Positions 48,610 to 56,692 of a DNA stretch of 64,000 nt are shown piece after piece (the stretch's first letter is position 1; the number at the start of each line of letters is the position of its first letter). The notes under the pieces were generated by a model. It was not told where the DNA came from. It saw nothing but the letters and a program-made list of their open reading frames with translations, and ran no database searches. The DNA is from an uncultured Thermomicrobiales bacterium. GTDB lineage: Bacteria > Chloroflexota > Chloroflexia > Thermomicrobiales > UBA6265. The stretch is from contig CAXTHM010000013.1 in the NCBI GenBank assembly GCA_964244115.1, positions 1,035 to 65,034 of the forward strand. Reading direction: 5' to 3'. The position numbers were made by a program, and so were the translations under genes.

Positions 48610-49977
48610 TCAGGCCGACGGCGCGTGCGACGGGTCGACCGCCGCCGCCGGGGCGATCCTGGGCCACTGGAACTTCTCGGTCGCCTCCACCCCGAGATGG
48701 TCGAGCATCGCGGCGACCACATCCGGATCCCACTGGATCCCGGCGCCCTCCATCAGGATCGCGACGGCCCGCTCGTGGGGCATCGCGCCCCGGTAGGAGC
48801 GGGCGCTGGTCATGGCGTCGTAGGAATCGGCCACCGCGATGATGCGGGCGCCGATCGGGATCAGCTCCGCGGCGAGACCGTCAGGGTAGCCGCCGCCGTC
48901 CCAGCGCTCGTGATGATGACGCACCATGAGATGCCCGTCACCATAAGAGGCGAACGTCGAGACGATGCTGGCCCCGAAGACGGGATGCTGCTTGATGAGA
49001 GCGAACTCCTCTTCCGTGAGGCGGGCGGTCTTGTGGAGGACATCGGGCTCGATGATGATCTTGCCGATGTCATGGACCTCACCGGCGCTCTCGATCACGA
49101 CCGCCTCCTCCGGAGTGAAGCCGAGCTTCAGAGCGAGGACGCCCGACGTCTCGGCCACCCGGCGGGAGTGGCCGGCCGTGTAGGCATCGCGCAGTTCGAG
49201 CAACTCGACCAGACGCGTCAGCGCGTCGTGGGTATCCGTCTCGAGCTGCGATGCCCGCCGCGAGGAGATCGAGATCAGCACGACCGGAACGGCCAGGATC
49301 GGGACGACGAGCGGTTCGACGAGCGCGAGGATGGCGGCGACGATCCCGATCCCGAGCTGGGTAGCCTCGGTCGGAAGGTCCCGGACGAGGTGTGCTCGCC
49401 AGACCCGGAACACGTTCACGCCCATCTGGAGAGCCGACGCCACCGAGACCAGACCGTAGTTCACGACCGTCAGCACCATCGCCGCGATCACGATCGCCCC
49501 GACCGAGCCGAGCCCGGCGAGGTGCGGGCCGAGCCACGTCGCATCCTTGAGGACGACGTAGACGGAGCCGCTGATCATGACGTGAGCGATGGACTGGCTG
49601 ACGTTGAAGATAGTCTCGGTTGGGTCTTCCGGACGGAGCATCAGGTACCCGACCAGAGCCGGGAGGCCGACCGCGAGACCAAGGAGCGGGAGGGGCGTCG
49701 TCAGGACGAGTGCCGTGTACGGAACGGTGATCATGAAGAGTTCGACGCCGGACCGCACCACGATGGGAAATCGGATCGCGAGGACCGTCATGACCATCAG
49801 AACCGAGACAGCGGGAAGGTCGAGACCAGAAAAGGCGTTCGGTACGAGCAATGGCGGGAGAACCGCCAGTGTCGTACCGAACGCCGCGCAGATCAGGATG
49901 TACCACTTGAGAGACGCGGGTATCGCACCCACTCGCTTGTCCTGACCAGCCTGCTGGTATCCGGTTCGCCAGATCAC
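48610..49977 (-). CDS. Membrane-bound HD-GYP domain phosphodiesterase (c-di-GMP signalling) with an N-terminal sensor of about 8 TM segments
   Basis: HSRRVAE, EVHDIGKI and HHERWDGGGYPDGL. Multiple N-terminal hydrophobic segments. GTG start at 49977. Confidence 0.8.
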   Translation of the reverse strand: MIWRTGYQQAGQDKRVGAIPASLKWYILICAAFGTTLAVLPPLLVPNAFSGLDLPAVSVLMVMTVLAIRFPIVVRSGVELFMITVPYTALVLTTPLPLLGLAVGLPALVGYLMLRPEDPTETIFNVSQSIAHVMISGSVYVVLKDATWLGPHLAGLGSVGAIVIAAMVLTVVNYGLVSVASALQMGVNVFRVWRAHLVRDLPTEATQLGIGIVAAILALVEPLVVPILAVPVVLISISSRRASQLETDTHDALTRLVELLELRDAYTAGHSRRVAETSGVLALKLGFTPEEAVVIESAGEVHDIGKIIIEPDVLHKTARLTEEEFALIKQHPVFGASIVSTFASYGDGHLMVRHHHERWDGGGYPDGLAAELIPIGARIIAVADSYDAMTSARSYRGAMPHERAVAILMEGAGIQWDPDVVAAMLDHLGVEATEKFQWPRIAPAAAVDPSHAPSA

Positions 49978-50027
49978 CCCGACCAGAGCCGACCGGAGAT
50001 GGGAGCCGCCAGCGTCAAAGACGGCGG

Positions 50028-50291
50028 CTAGTTGACCGAAGCATACACGTTATGGCGAACGGTGTACACGCTGGCCTTGCCGATGGCGGTCGGCTCGACG
50101 GCCGACGACTTGATGACGCACTTGCGGCACCAACCGATGCCGGCCTCGGCCTGCGGGACGCTCGCGCCGAAGGCGCCGAAGGCGACACCGGCGGTGATCG
50201 CCACCGCGGCGACGACGCGGCGGGAACGCCAGACGCCCCCGACCATGATGCTCTTGATGGAAGCGGCCTGGGTCTTGGTGGTGGTAGCCAT
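50028..50291 (-). CDS. Small secreted peptide precursor (87 aa) with a predicted 37-aa mature CxxC peptide
   Basis: ATG at 50291 with AAGGGGA about 10 nt upstream. Signal-like RSRRVVAAVAITAGVAFGAFGASVPQAEA. Mature region GIGWCRKCVIKSS.... Very strong GC3 codon bias supports translation. Confidence 0.55.
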   Translation of the reverse strand: MATTTKTQAASIKSIMVGGVWRSRRVVAAVAITAGVAFGAFGASVPQAEAGIGWCRKCVIKSSAVEPTAIGKASVYTVRHNVYASVN

Positions 50292-50557
50292 GTGGTCTCG
50301 TTCCCCTTGTGGATGGTCGCCCGGCGGCCAGCGCCATGGTCGACGGATCGGTATGTCGGAGGGAGACGTCCGGCGGATGGACCACGGAAGCCCGATGAGG
50401 CTCCTGGTGCGGTGCCGCGGCGAGACACCGATCACTCCGTGTCCGGTGAGATCTCCCTGACGTGACGTGCCCGCGAGGAGCGCCCCAAAGGCGACTTCTG
50501 ACGGAAATGACCCGTTCGGGTCATCCGATCAGGCTAGTACTGATCGGCACTCCATCC

Positions 50558-50585
50558 ATTCTACCTATCCAATGGTCATAGTCAA
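50558..50585 (-). promoter_or_regulatory. Near-consensus sigma-70 promoter (TTGACT-16-TAGAAT) on the minus strand in an AT-richer patch
   Basis: The minus strand reads TTGACTATGACCATTGGATAGGTAGAAT. It would give a leader of about 260 nt before the peptide ATG. Confidence 0.5.
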
Positions 50586-51016
50586 TAGGTCCTGTCTCCG
50601 AATACCTCAATAGGGGCGAATTTGCCTGCCACGATCGGGTCCTGACGATAATCTCGCTAGCGGAGGCGTTCAGTAGCCGATGACGTGCGAAAATTGGCAA
50701 TATTGCGGATATATTGATCAGGATTTCGGTCACGTCCGCTGCTATCCGATCGGCCCGTACGGTTCCGGCGAATTGGCTCCGACTTCGTGTTCGCCCCTCG
50801 CCCATCCCGGAGATCCGCCTGGCCTGCAGAGGACGACGTCCGGCTCGGGATCGCCGGGGCGACTGGCTGATCAGGCGATCCCCGTGAGCACGGGGGCGCA
50901 TCGGGACCGGACGCTGTCCGGTTCGAGCGCGCGGCGGTAGGATTTCGCTCATCGCGCGTGGGTTTCGCATCGAGCAGACCCGGGCTTGCGGTCGACTCAA
51001 CGGAGGATCAGGACTG

Positions 51017-51964
51017 ATGGAATCCGCGACGAGCCCCCTGGATCGGACCCGCGCCTTCCTCCGCGATCACCTGCGGATGCCGGGCGCCGACGCCCACGAC
51101 CTGCCCGACTCACCCCACCGGTTCGTGGACGGCGGCCAGTACCGCGTCGAGATCCCGTCCGTGGAGGGTCCGGCCTGTGTCCGGGCGGTCTATGAGACGG
51201 CGGACGCGCTCGGGGTGCCGATCCATCGCGTCAGCCAGGGCAGTGGAGTCATGCTGCTCACGGATGACGAACTCGACGAGATCGCCGCCCTCGCCCGCCA
51301 GCGGGGGATCGAGGTCAGCCTGTTCGTCGGCCCCCGGGCGGGCTGGGACACCGGCGCCATGAGCCAGGCTCCGGCCGGGCGGGTCGTCGCCCCGAAGATC
51401 CGGGGCATGGACCAGCTCGTCCATGCCGTCGAGGATGTCCGGCGGGCCTGCGAGCACGGGATCACCAGCGTCCTGATCACGGACGAGGGGCTACTCTGGG
51501 TGCTGGACGCGATGAAGCGGGCCGGTGAGCTGCCCGCCGAACTGATCCTCAAGGGGTCGGTCATGATGGCGGCCAGCAACCCCGTCTCCATCCGGCTGCT
51601 GGCGGACAACGGCATGACGACGTTCAACGTCCCGACCGACCTGTCGCTGGCCCACCTCGCCGCCATCCGGCAAGCGACGGCGATCCCGCTCGACATCTAC
51701 ATCGAAGCGCCGGATGACATCGGCGGTTTCATCCGGCACTACGAGATCGCCGAGATCATCCGCGTCGCGGCTCCGGTCTATGTCAAGTTCGGGCTGCGGA
51801 ACGCGCCGAACATCTATCCGTCCGGCACCCATCTGGAGGCGACGGCGGTCGCGCTCACCCGGGAGCGCGTCCGGCGGGCGAAGCTCGGGCTCGACCTGTT
51901 GCATCGGCTCGACCCCGACGCCGTCATATCTCCACTCCCCACCCGGAGCGAGGCGGTCACGTAG
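51017..51964 (+). CDS. Conserved hypothetical protein of unassigned function
   Basis: 315-aa ORF with GGAGGA RBS and good GC3 bias. No catalytic motif recognised with confidence. Confidence 0.6.
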   Translation: MESATSPLDRTRAFLRDHLRMPGADAHDLPDSPHRFVDGGQYRVEIPSVEGPACVRAVYETADALGVPIHRVSQGSGVMLLTDDELDEIAALARQRGIEVSLFVGPRAGWDTGAMSQAPAGRVVAPKIRGMDQLVHAVEDVRRACEHGITSVLITDEGLLWVLDAMKRAGELPAELILKGSVMMAASNPVSIRLLADNGMTTFNVPTDLSLAHLAAIRQATAIPLDIYIEAPDDIGGFIRHYEIAEIIRVAAPVYVKFGLRNAPNIYPSGTHLEATAVALTRERVRRAKLGLDLLHRLDPDAVISPLPTRSEAVT

Positions 51965-52111
51965 GACGGAGGTGGAGACCTCCGGCTGCTAGCATTGCCT
52001 CAGGGCAAGGCGGATACTGGCCGAATGCCGTTGCCCGGTGACGGCGACCGGCCAGTGCCACCCGGTCGCCGGGTCAGTCACCGTCCCGCCGATTCAGCCA
52101 GAGGGTCGCCT

Positions 52112-53071
52112 GTGCAGCTGTCCGAACTCCCCGCCGACACGCTTGCCTTCGTCTTTCCCGGTCAGGGCAGCCAGCATCCCGGCATGGGTCAGGCCGTCCA
52201 CGACGCCTCGCCGGCGGCCCGGGCCGTCTTCGCCGAGGCCGACCGTATCCTCGACCGGCCGCTGACCGAGCTCTGCCTGACCGCGCCCGCCGACGTCCTC
52301 GAAGACACGGCCACGGCCCAACCGGCCATCCTCACCGTCAGCGTCGCGATCCTGGCGGCGATCCGGGAGCGCACGGAGACAGACGGCACGACCGTGACAC
52401 CGCGGGTGGTCGCCGGACACTCGCTCGGGGAGTTCACGGCGATGGTAGCCGCGGGCGTCCTGGACTTTCCCACCGCCCTCCGGCTCGTCCAAGAACGTGG
52501 CACGCTGATGCGGCAGGCCGGCATCGAGCGGCCCGGGGGGATGGCCGCGGTCATCGGGCTGGACGACGACACCCTCGACGCGATCTGCCGGACGGCCTCG
52601 GAGCTCGGCATCGTCGGGGTCGCCAACGCGAACTGCCCGGGGCAGGTCGTGATCAGCGGCGAGTTGCCGGCCCTGGCGCGGGCGATGGGCCTCGCGAAGG
52701 AGGCGGGCGCCAAGCGGGTCCTCCGCCTTCCGGTCAGCATCGCGTCACACTCGCCGCTCATGAGCGCCGTCGCGGCCCGGATGGGCGAACTCGTCGCGCG
52801 GGTCGCCCTGCGCATGCCGGCCATGCCGATCGTCGCCAACGCCTCCGGGCAGCCGATCGTCACGATCGACGCGATCAGGACCGAGCTGAGGACGCAGGTC
52901 GAGCAGCCGGTCAACTGGACGACGTCCGTCCGGGAGATGATCGCCAGCGGAGCGACGACCTTCGTTGAGATCGGCCCCGGGCAGGTCCTGGGGGGCCTGA
53001 TCCGGCGGATCGACCGCAACGTCACGGTCGTGACGGGCCAGGATCTGCTCACCGGCCAGACGACCGACTGA
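52112..53071 (+). CDS. fabD: Malonyl-CoA:ACP transacylase
   Basis: FVFPGQGSQ and GHSLGEF motifs. GTG at 52112 preceded by GAGGG. Confidence 0.9.
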   Translation: MQLSELPADTLAFVFPGQGSQHPGMGQAVHDASPAARAVFAEADRILDRPLTELCLTAPADVLEDTATAQPAILTVSVAILAAIRERTETDGTTVTPRVVAGHSLGEFTAMVAAGVLDFPTALRLVQERGTLMRQAGIERPGGMAAVIGLDDDTLDAICRTASELGIVGVANANCPGQVVISGELPALARAMGLAKEAGAKRVLRLPVSIASHSPLMSAVAARMGELVARVALRMPAMPIVANASGQPIVTIDAIRTELRTQVEQPVNWTTSVREMIASGATTFVEIGPGQVLGGLIRRIDRNVTVVTGQDLLTGQTTD

Positions 53072-53282
53072 CGGTTCACCCACGGGAGCGGGGCGGTGGC
53101 GGTGCTACCCTTCGTTTCGTACACTGTCAGCTTGACTTCTCCGGAGTCTCCGGCCGATGGGTCAGGACGAGTCCGGGTCAAGTGAGTGCCCGACCGGACC
53201 GGTCAACGATGGGCGCTGTCCCGAAACCTCCCGACAAGCACATGGATTCTCCCGAGTCGAGACGTACGGAAGGGTGTAAACC

Positions 53283-54524
53283 GTGACGCGGCGAGTCGTT
53301 GTAACAGGAGTGGGCGCGGTCTCCCCGCTCGGGATCGGGGCGGAGACGCTCTGGCGAGAATTGCTGGCCGGTCATTCGGGGATCCGGACGATCCAGAACT
53401 TCGACGCGTCCGAACTGGAAGTCAAGATCGCCGGCGAGGTCCCCGGGTTCGTTCCGAAGGACCACATGGATGCGAAGCTGGCCAAGCGTATGGGGCGCTT
53501 CGCCCAGTTCGCGGTCGCCGCGTCGCGCGAGGCACTCGAGAGCGCCGGCCTGACGATCACCGATGACAACCGGGAGCGCGTCGGCATCGTCCTGAACACC
53601 GGCGGCGGTGGCGTGCCACTCATCGAGGAGGAGACCCGCAACTCCCTGGCGAAGGGCCGGCGTGGCGTCGGTCCCTTCCTGATCCCCATGTTCTCGCCGA
53701 ACATGGCCAGTAGCCAGGTCGGCATCAGCTTTGGCATCAAGGGTCCGACGACGACGTCGGTCGCTGCCTGCGCCGCCGGCACCCAGGCGTTCGTCGACGC
53801 CGTCCATACTCTCGAGCGTGGAGACGCCGACGTGCTCCTGACCGGCGGGACCGAGGCCGCGCTCTCGGCGGTCGCGATCACATCGCTGGCCCACATGGGA
53901 GCCCTAAGCCGCTGGGACGGCGACCCCAACGCCGCGAGCCGGCCGTTCGATGCCGAGCGCAACGGCTTCGTCTTCTCCGAGGGCGCAGTCGTGATGGTGC
54001 TCGAGACGGAGGAGCATGCCCTGGCTCGCGGCGCGACGCCGATCGCGATCGCATCCGGCGGTGCCTACACCGCCGATGCGTTCCATATGACCGCGCCAGA
54101 CCCGAGCGGCGAAAGCGCGGCCCGGGCGATGGCGGGGGCCGTCCGGCGCGCCGGGCTCGAGATGAACCAGATCGACTACATCGCCGCCCACGCGACTGCG
54201 ACGCAAATCGGTGACGCGGCCGAGACCAAGGCGATCCGGAAGGCGTTCGGCGCCCACGCCGACGCCCTGGCGATCTCCGCCAACAAGTCCATGATCGGCC
54301 ACCTCCTCGGGGCGGCCGGCGCCGTCTCCGCGATGGCCTGCGTCTTCGCGATCCGCGACGGCCGGATCCCCCCGACGATCAACCTCGAGACGCCGGACCC
54401 GATGTGCGACCTGGACTACACGCCCAACGTGATGCGCGAGTTGCCCGTCCGGGCGGCACTCGCCAACGGCTTCGGCTTCGGCGGCCAGAATGCCTGCGCC
54501 GTCTTCCGCGCCTACGACCGCTGA
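53283..54524 (+). CDS. fabF: Beta-ketoacyl-ACP synthase II
   Basis: RVVVTGVGAVSPLG, AACAAGTQA (Cys), HATATQIGD and GHLLGAAG. Confidence 0.9.
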   Translation: MTRRVVVTGVGAVSPLGIGAETLWRELLAGHSGIRTIQNFDASELEVKIAGEVPGFVPKDHMDAKLAKRMGRFAQFAVAASREALESAGLTITDDNRERVGIVLNTGGGGVPLIEEETRNSLAKGRRGVGPFLIPMFSPNMASSQVGISFGIKGPTTTSVAACAAGTQAFVDAVHTLERGDADVLLTGGTEAALSAVAITSLAHMGALSRWDGDPNAASRPFDAERNGFVFSEGAVVMVLETEEHALARGATPIAIASGGAYTADAFHMTAPDPSGESAARAMAGAVRRAGLEMNQIDYIAAHATATQIGDAAETKAIRKAFGAHADALAISANKSMIGHLLGAAGAVSAMACVFAIRDGRIPPTINLETPDPMCDLDYTPNVMRELPVRAALANGFGFGGQNACAVFRAYDR

Positions 54525-54564
54525 TGGGTCGGCCCACTCCACGTCCCGCCCGTCGAATCCGACC

Positions 54565-54602
54565 CTGACGACGGGCTCCCCAGCCGGGGAGCCCGTCGTC
54601 AG
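54565..54602 (+). terminator. Perfect 17-bp stem hairpin after fabF (no U-tract)
   Basis: CTGACGACGGGCTCCCC-AGCC-GGGGAGCCCGTCGTCAG. Confidence 0.55.
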
Positions 54603-54711
54603 ACCATCGGTATCGCCCGTGACACGCACGCGACGACGCGCACGGATTGCGCGGGTTGCTATCATCGTGGGACGCAGCGCGCCCGACCCCCCGCGGTGCC
54701 CGGAGGCAACG

Positions 54712-55392
54712 ATGACTCAGCGAGACGATCCCTCTGACGACGTGGATACGACCGGCGAGGACCCGAAAGGCTTCGCCCTGCACCGACGCCTGCTGGAGCG
54801 GGACCCCGTGGCCCGACGCCAGTTCTGGAATCGCTATTTCGACGCGCTCGCTCACTATGCGACCAGCCGGATCTTCGACACCGTCAGCCGTGAGGATGCG
54901 GGCCGCACCCTCTCCATGCACGTCATCGAGGCCATGATCGACCGCCCGGAGCGATTCGATCCGACCCGCGGCAAGAGCCTCTACGGCTATCTGATGATGG
55001 ACCTCAAGGGCGACATCGCGAACTACCTCGCCAAGCTCACGCGGGAGCCGCGGCCGATCCGGCTGGACGCACCGATCGGTGGTGACGGCGACGATGTCGG
55101 AAACCAGGACCTGGGTGGGAACCTTCCTTCGGGCGAACCTGGCCCCCAGGAGATCGCCGAATCCGCCGAGAGCCAGGCCCGGGTCGACGCGATCCGGAGA
55201 CGGGTCGTCGAGACGGACGAGGAGGGCATCGTCTTCGACCTGCAGTACGTCGCGGGGGAACGCGCGACCGACGCCTTCGCCACCGCCCTGGGGCTCACCG
55301 GGGTGCCCTCGGGCGAGCAGGCCCTGGTCGTCCAGAAACTGAAGGATCGACTGGCGAAACGACTTCGCCGGATGCGAGAGGACGAACGATGA
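54712..55392 (+). CDS. Sigma-70 family (ECF-like) protein
   Basis: Region 2-like RFDPTRGKSLYGYLMMDLKGDIANYL. Region 4-like IVFDLQYVAGERATDAFATALGLT...LKDRLAKRLRR. GGAGG RBS. The stop overlaps the next ATG (ATGA). Confidence 0.6.
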   Translation: MTQRDDPSDDVDTTGEDPKGFALHRRLLERDPVARRQFWNRYFDALAHYATSRIFDTVSREDAGRTLSMHVIEAMIDRPERFDPTRGKSLYGYLMMDLKGDIANYLAKLTREPRPIRLDAPIGGDGDDVGNQDLGGNLPSGEPGPQEIAESAESQARVDAIRRRVVETDEEGIVFDLQYVAGERATDAFATALGLTGVPSGEQALVVQKLKDRLAKRLRRMREDER

Positions 55393-55874
55393 ACGAGGAC
55401 GCGAACAACGTCGCGACTCGACCAGACGATGACGCGGACGATGAGACGTTCAGACCGACCCCACTCACGGCGGATCAGCTCGCCTGGCTGCGGGATCGGG
55501 CGGCGATCCGGGACTCCGCCCTCGGCAGCCAGCTGCTCCGGTTCCGGGAGCAGGAAGGCTGGACGCACGAACAGCTCGCCGACCACCTCGGCCTGACGCC
55601 CGAGGGGCTTGATCGGCTCAGTCTCTCCGGCCGGCCGCGCAAGGACCGGTTCGCCGCCGATGTCCGGGCCATCGCCGCCGACAGTGGCGTCCCCGACCTA
55701 CAACTGATGCAGCTCCTCCGGGCGGTCGAGAGCCGGGACGCCTTCGTCGGCTCCCAGGCGGCCCGACGGATCGTCGCGGCCGCCCGTGACCACGACGACC
55801 AGACACCATCGCCCGCCGAGCAGCGCCTCCGCGAGGCGAGCGAACCGGAGCAGTCCGAAGACGATCACCGGTGA
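55389..55874 (+). CDS. XRE-family helix-turn-helix protein
   Basis: LLRFREQEGWTHEQLADHLGLTPEGLDRLSLSGRP fits the HTH_3 pattern. Coupled to both neighbours by 4-nt overlaps. Confidence 0.6.
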   Translation: MNEDANNVATRPDDDADDETFRPTPLTADQLAWLRDRAAIRDSALGSQLLRFREQEGWTHEQLADHLGLTPEGLDRLSLSGRPRKDRFAADVRAIAADSGVPDLQLMQLLRAVESRDAFVGSQAARRIVAAARDHDDQTPSPAEQRLREASEPEQSEDDHR

Positions 55875-56590
55875 CCCGAGCGGAACTGGTCGGTGTCGCC
55901 GAGCGATTCTGGTCGCGGTCCGGCATGGAACCGCCCGAGCCGCGCTCGGTCCGGATCGCCATCTCCTGGGTCCACTCCGTCCGCGTCGAGACCCAGCCGG
56001 CGCTGTCGATCGCGACGATCCAGTCCTGGATGGCCGGGCAGGGGTTCACCGTCCCGATCGACGACCCGAACCGGCGGCTGCGCGGCTGCGCGGTCGCCTC
56101 GGCTGGTTGCGGCCTGATCTTCGTCGACGCCAGCGACCCGGCCGATGAGCGCGAGTTCACGGTCGCCCATGAGGTCGCCCACCTCCTCCTCGACTACTAC
56201 GGTCCCCGCGACCACGCGACGGACCTGATCGGTGAGGGTGCCCACGAGGTCTTCGATGGCGCCCGTGACGCGTCGTACTCCGAGCGACTCGCCGCCGCCC
56301 TGCACGGGGAAGCCCTCCAGCCCTTCGTCCACCTCCTCGCCCGCGATGCCAACTTCGTCGCCTCCGCCGCGGTCCTGGCGCGTGAGGCCCTCGCCGACGA
56401 ACTCGCCTGCGAACTCCTCGCCCCGCTGGCGGCCGTCCGCTCCGCCCTCCCGCCCTCCTGGGACCAGGCCGACGCGACCGCCATGCTGGTCAGCCGGTTC
56501 CGCTTGCCCGAGGGCGCCGCCCGGGACTACGCCCGGCGGCTGGCTCACCGCTTCCAGCCCACCCCGACCTTCGTCGACTGGCTTGGCTGA
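55871..56590 (+). CDS. ImmA/IrrE-family zinc metallopeptidase (M78)
   Basis: HEXXH in FTVAHEVAHLLLDY. The downstream EALADELACELLAP matches the family E..A..FA..LL.P block. Confidence 0.75.
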   Translation: MTRAELVGVAERFWSRSGMEPPEPRSVRIAISWVHSVRVETQPALSIATIQSWMAGQGFTVPIDDPNRRLRGCAVASAGCGLIFVDASDPADEREFTVAHEVAHLLLDYYGPRDHATDLIGEGAHEVFDGARDASYSERLAAALHGEALQPFVHLLARDANFVASAAVLAREALADELACELLAPLAAVRSALPPSWDQADATAMLVSRFRLPEGAARDYARRLAHRFQPTPTFVDWLG

Positions 56591-56692
56591 GGCCCTTCAT
56601 CGCCCGGCGACACGGTCTGGTTCCCGTCCCGGCTGGCCGTGCGGTACGCTGACCGGTACGCGAAGGTCCCGACCGTATGACGAAGGCGATGC

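Noticed and set aside
50693-50714. TTGGCA...TATATT as a plus-strand promoter for the gene at 51017.
   Set aside because: Spacing between the candidate -35 and -10 hexamers is only 10-12 nt, and no acceptable alternative pairing was found.
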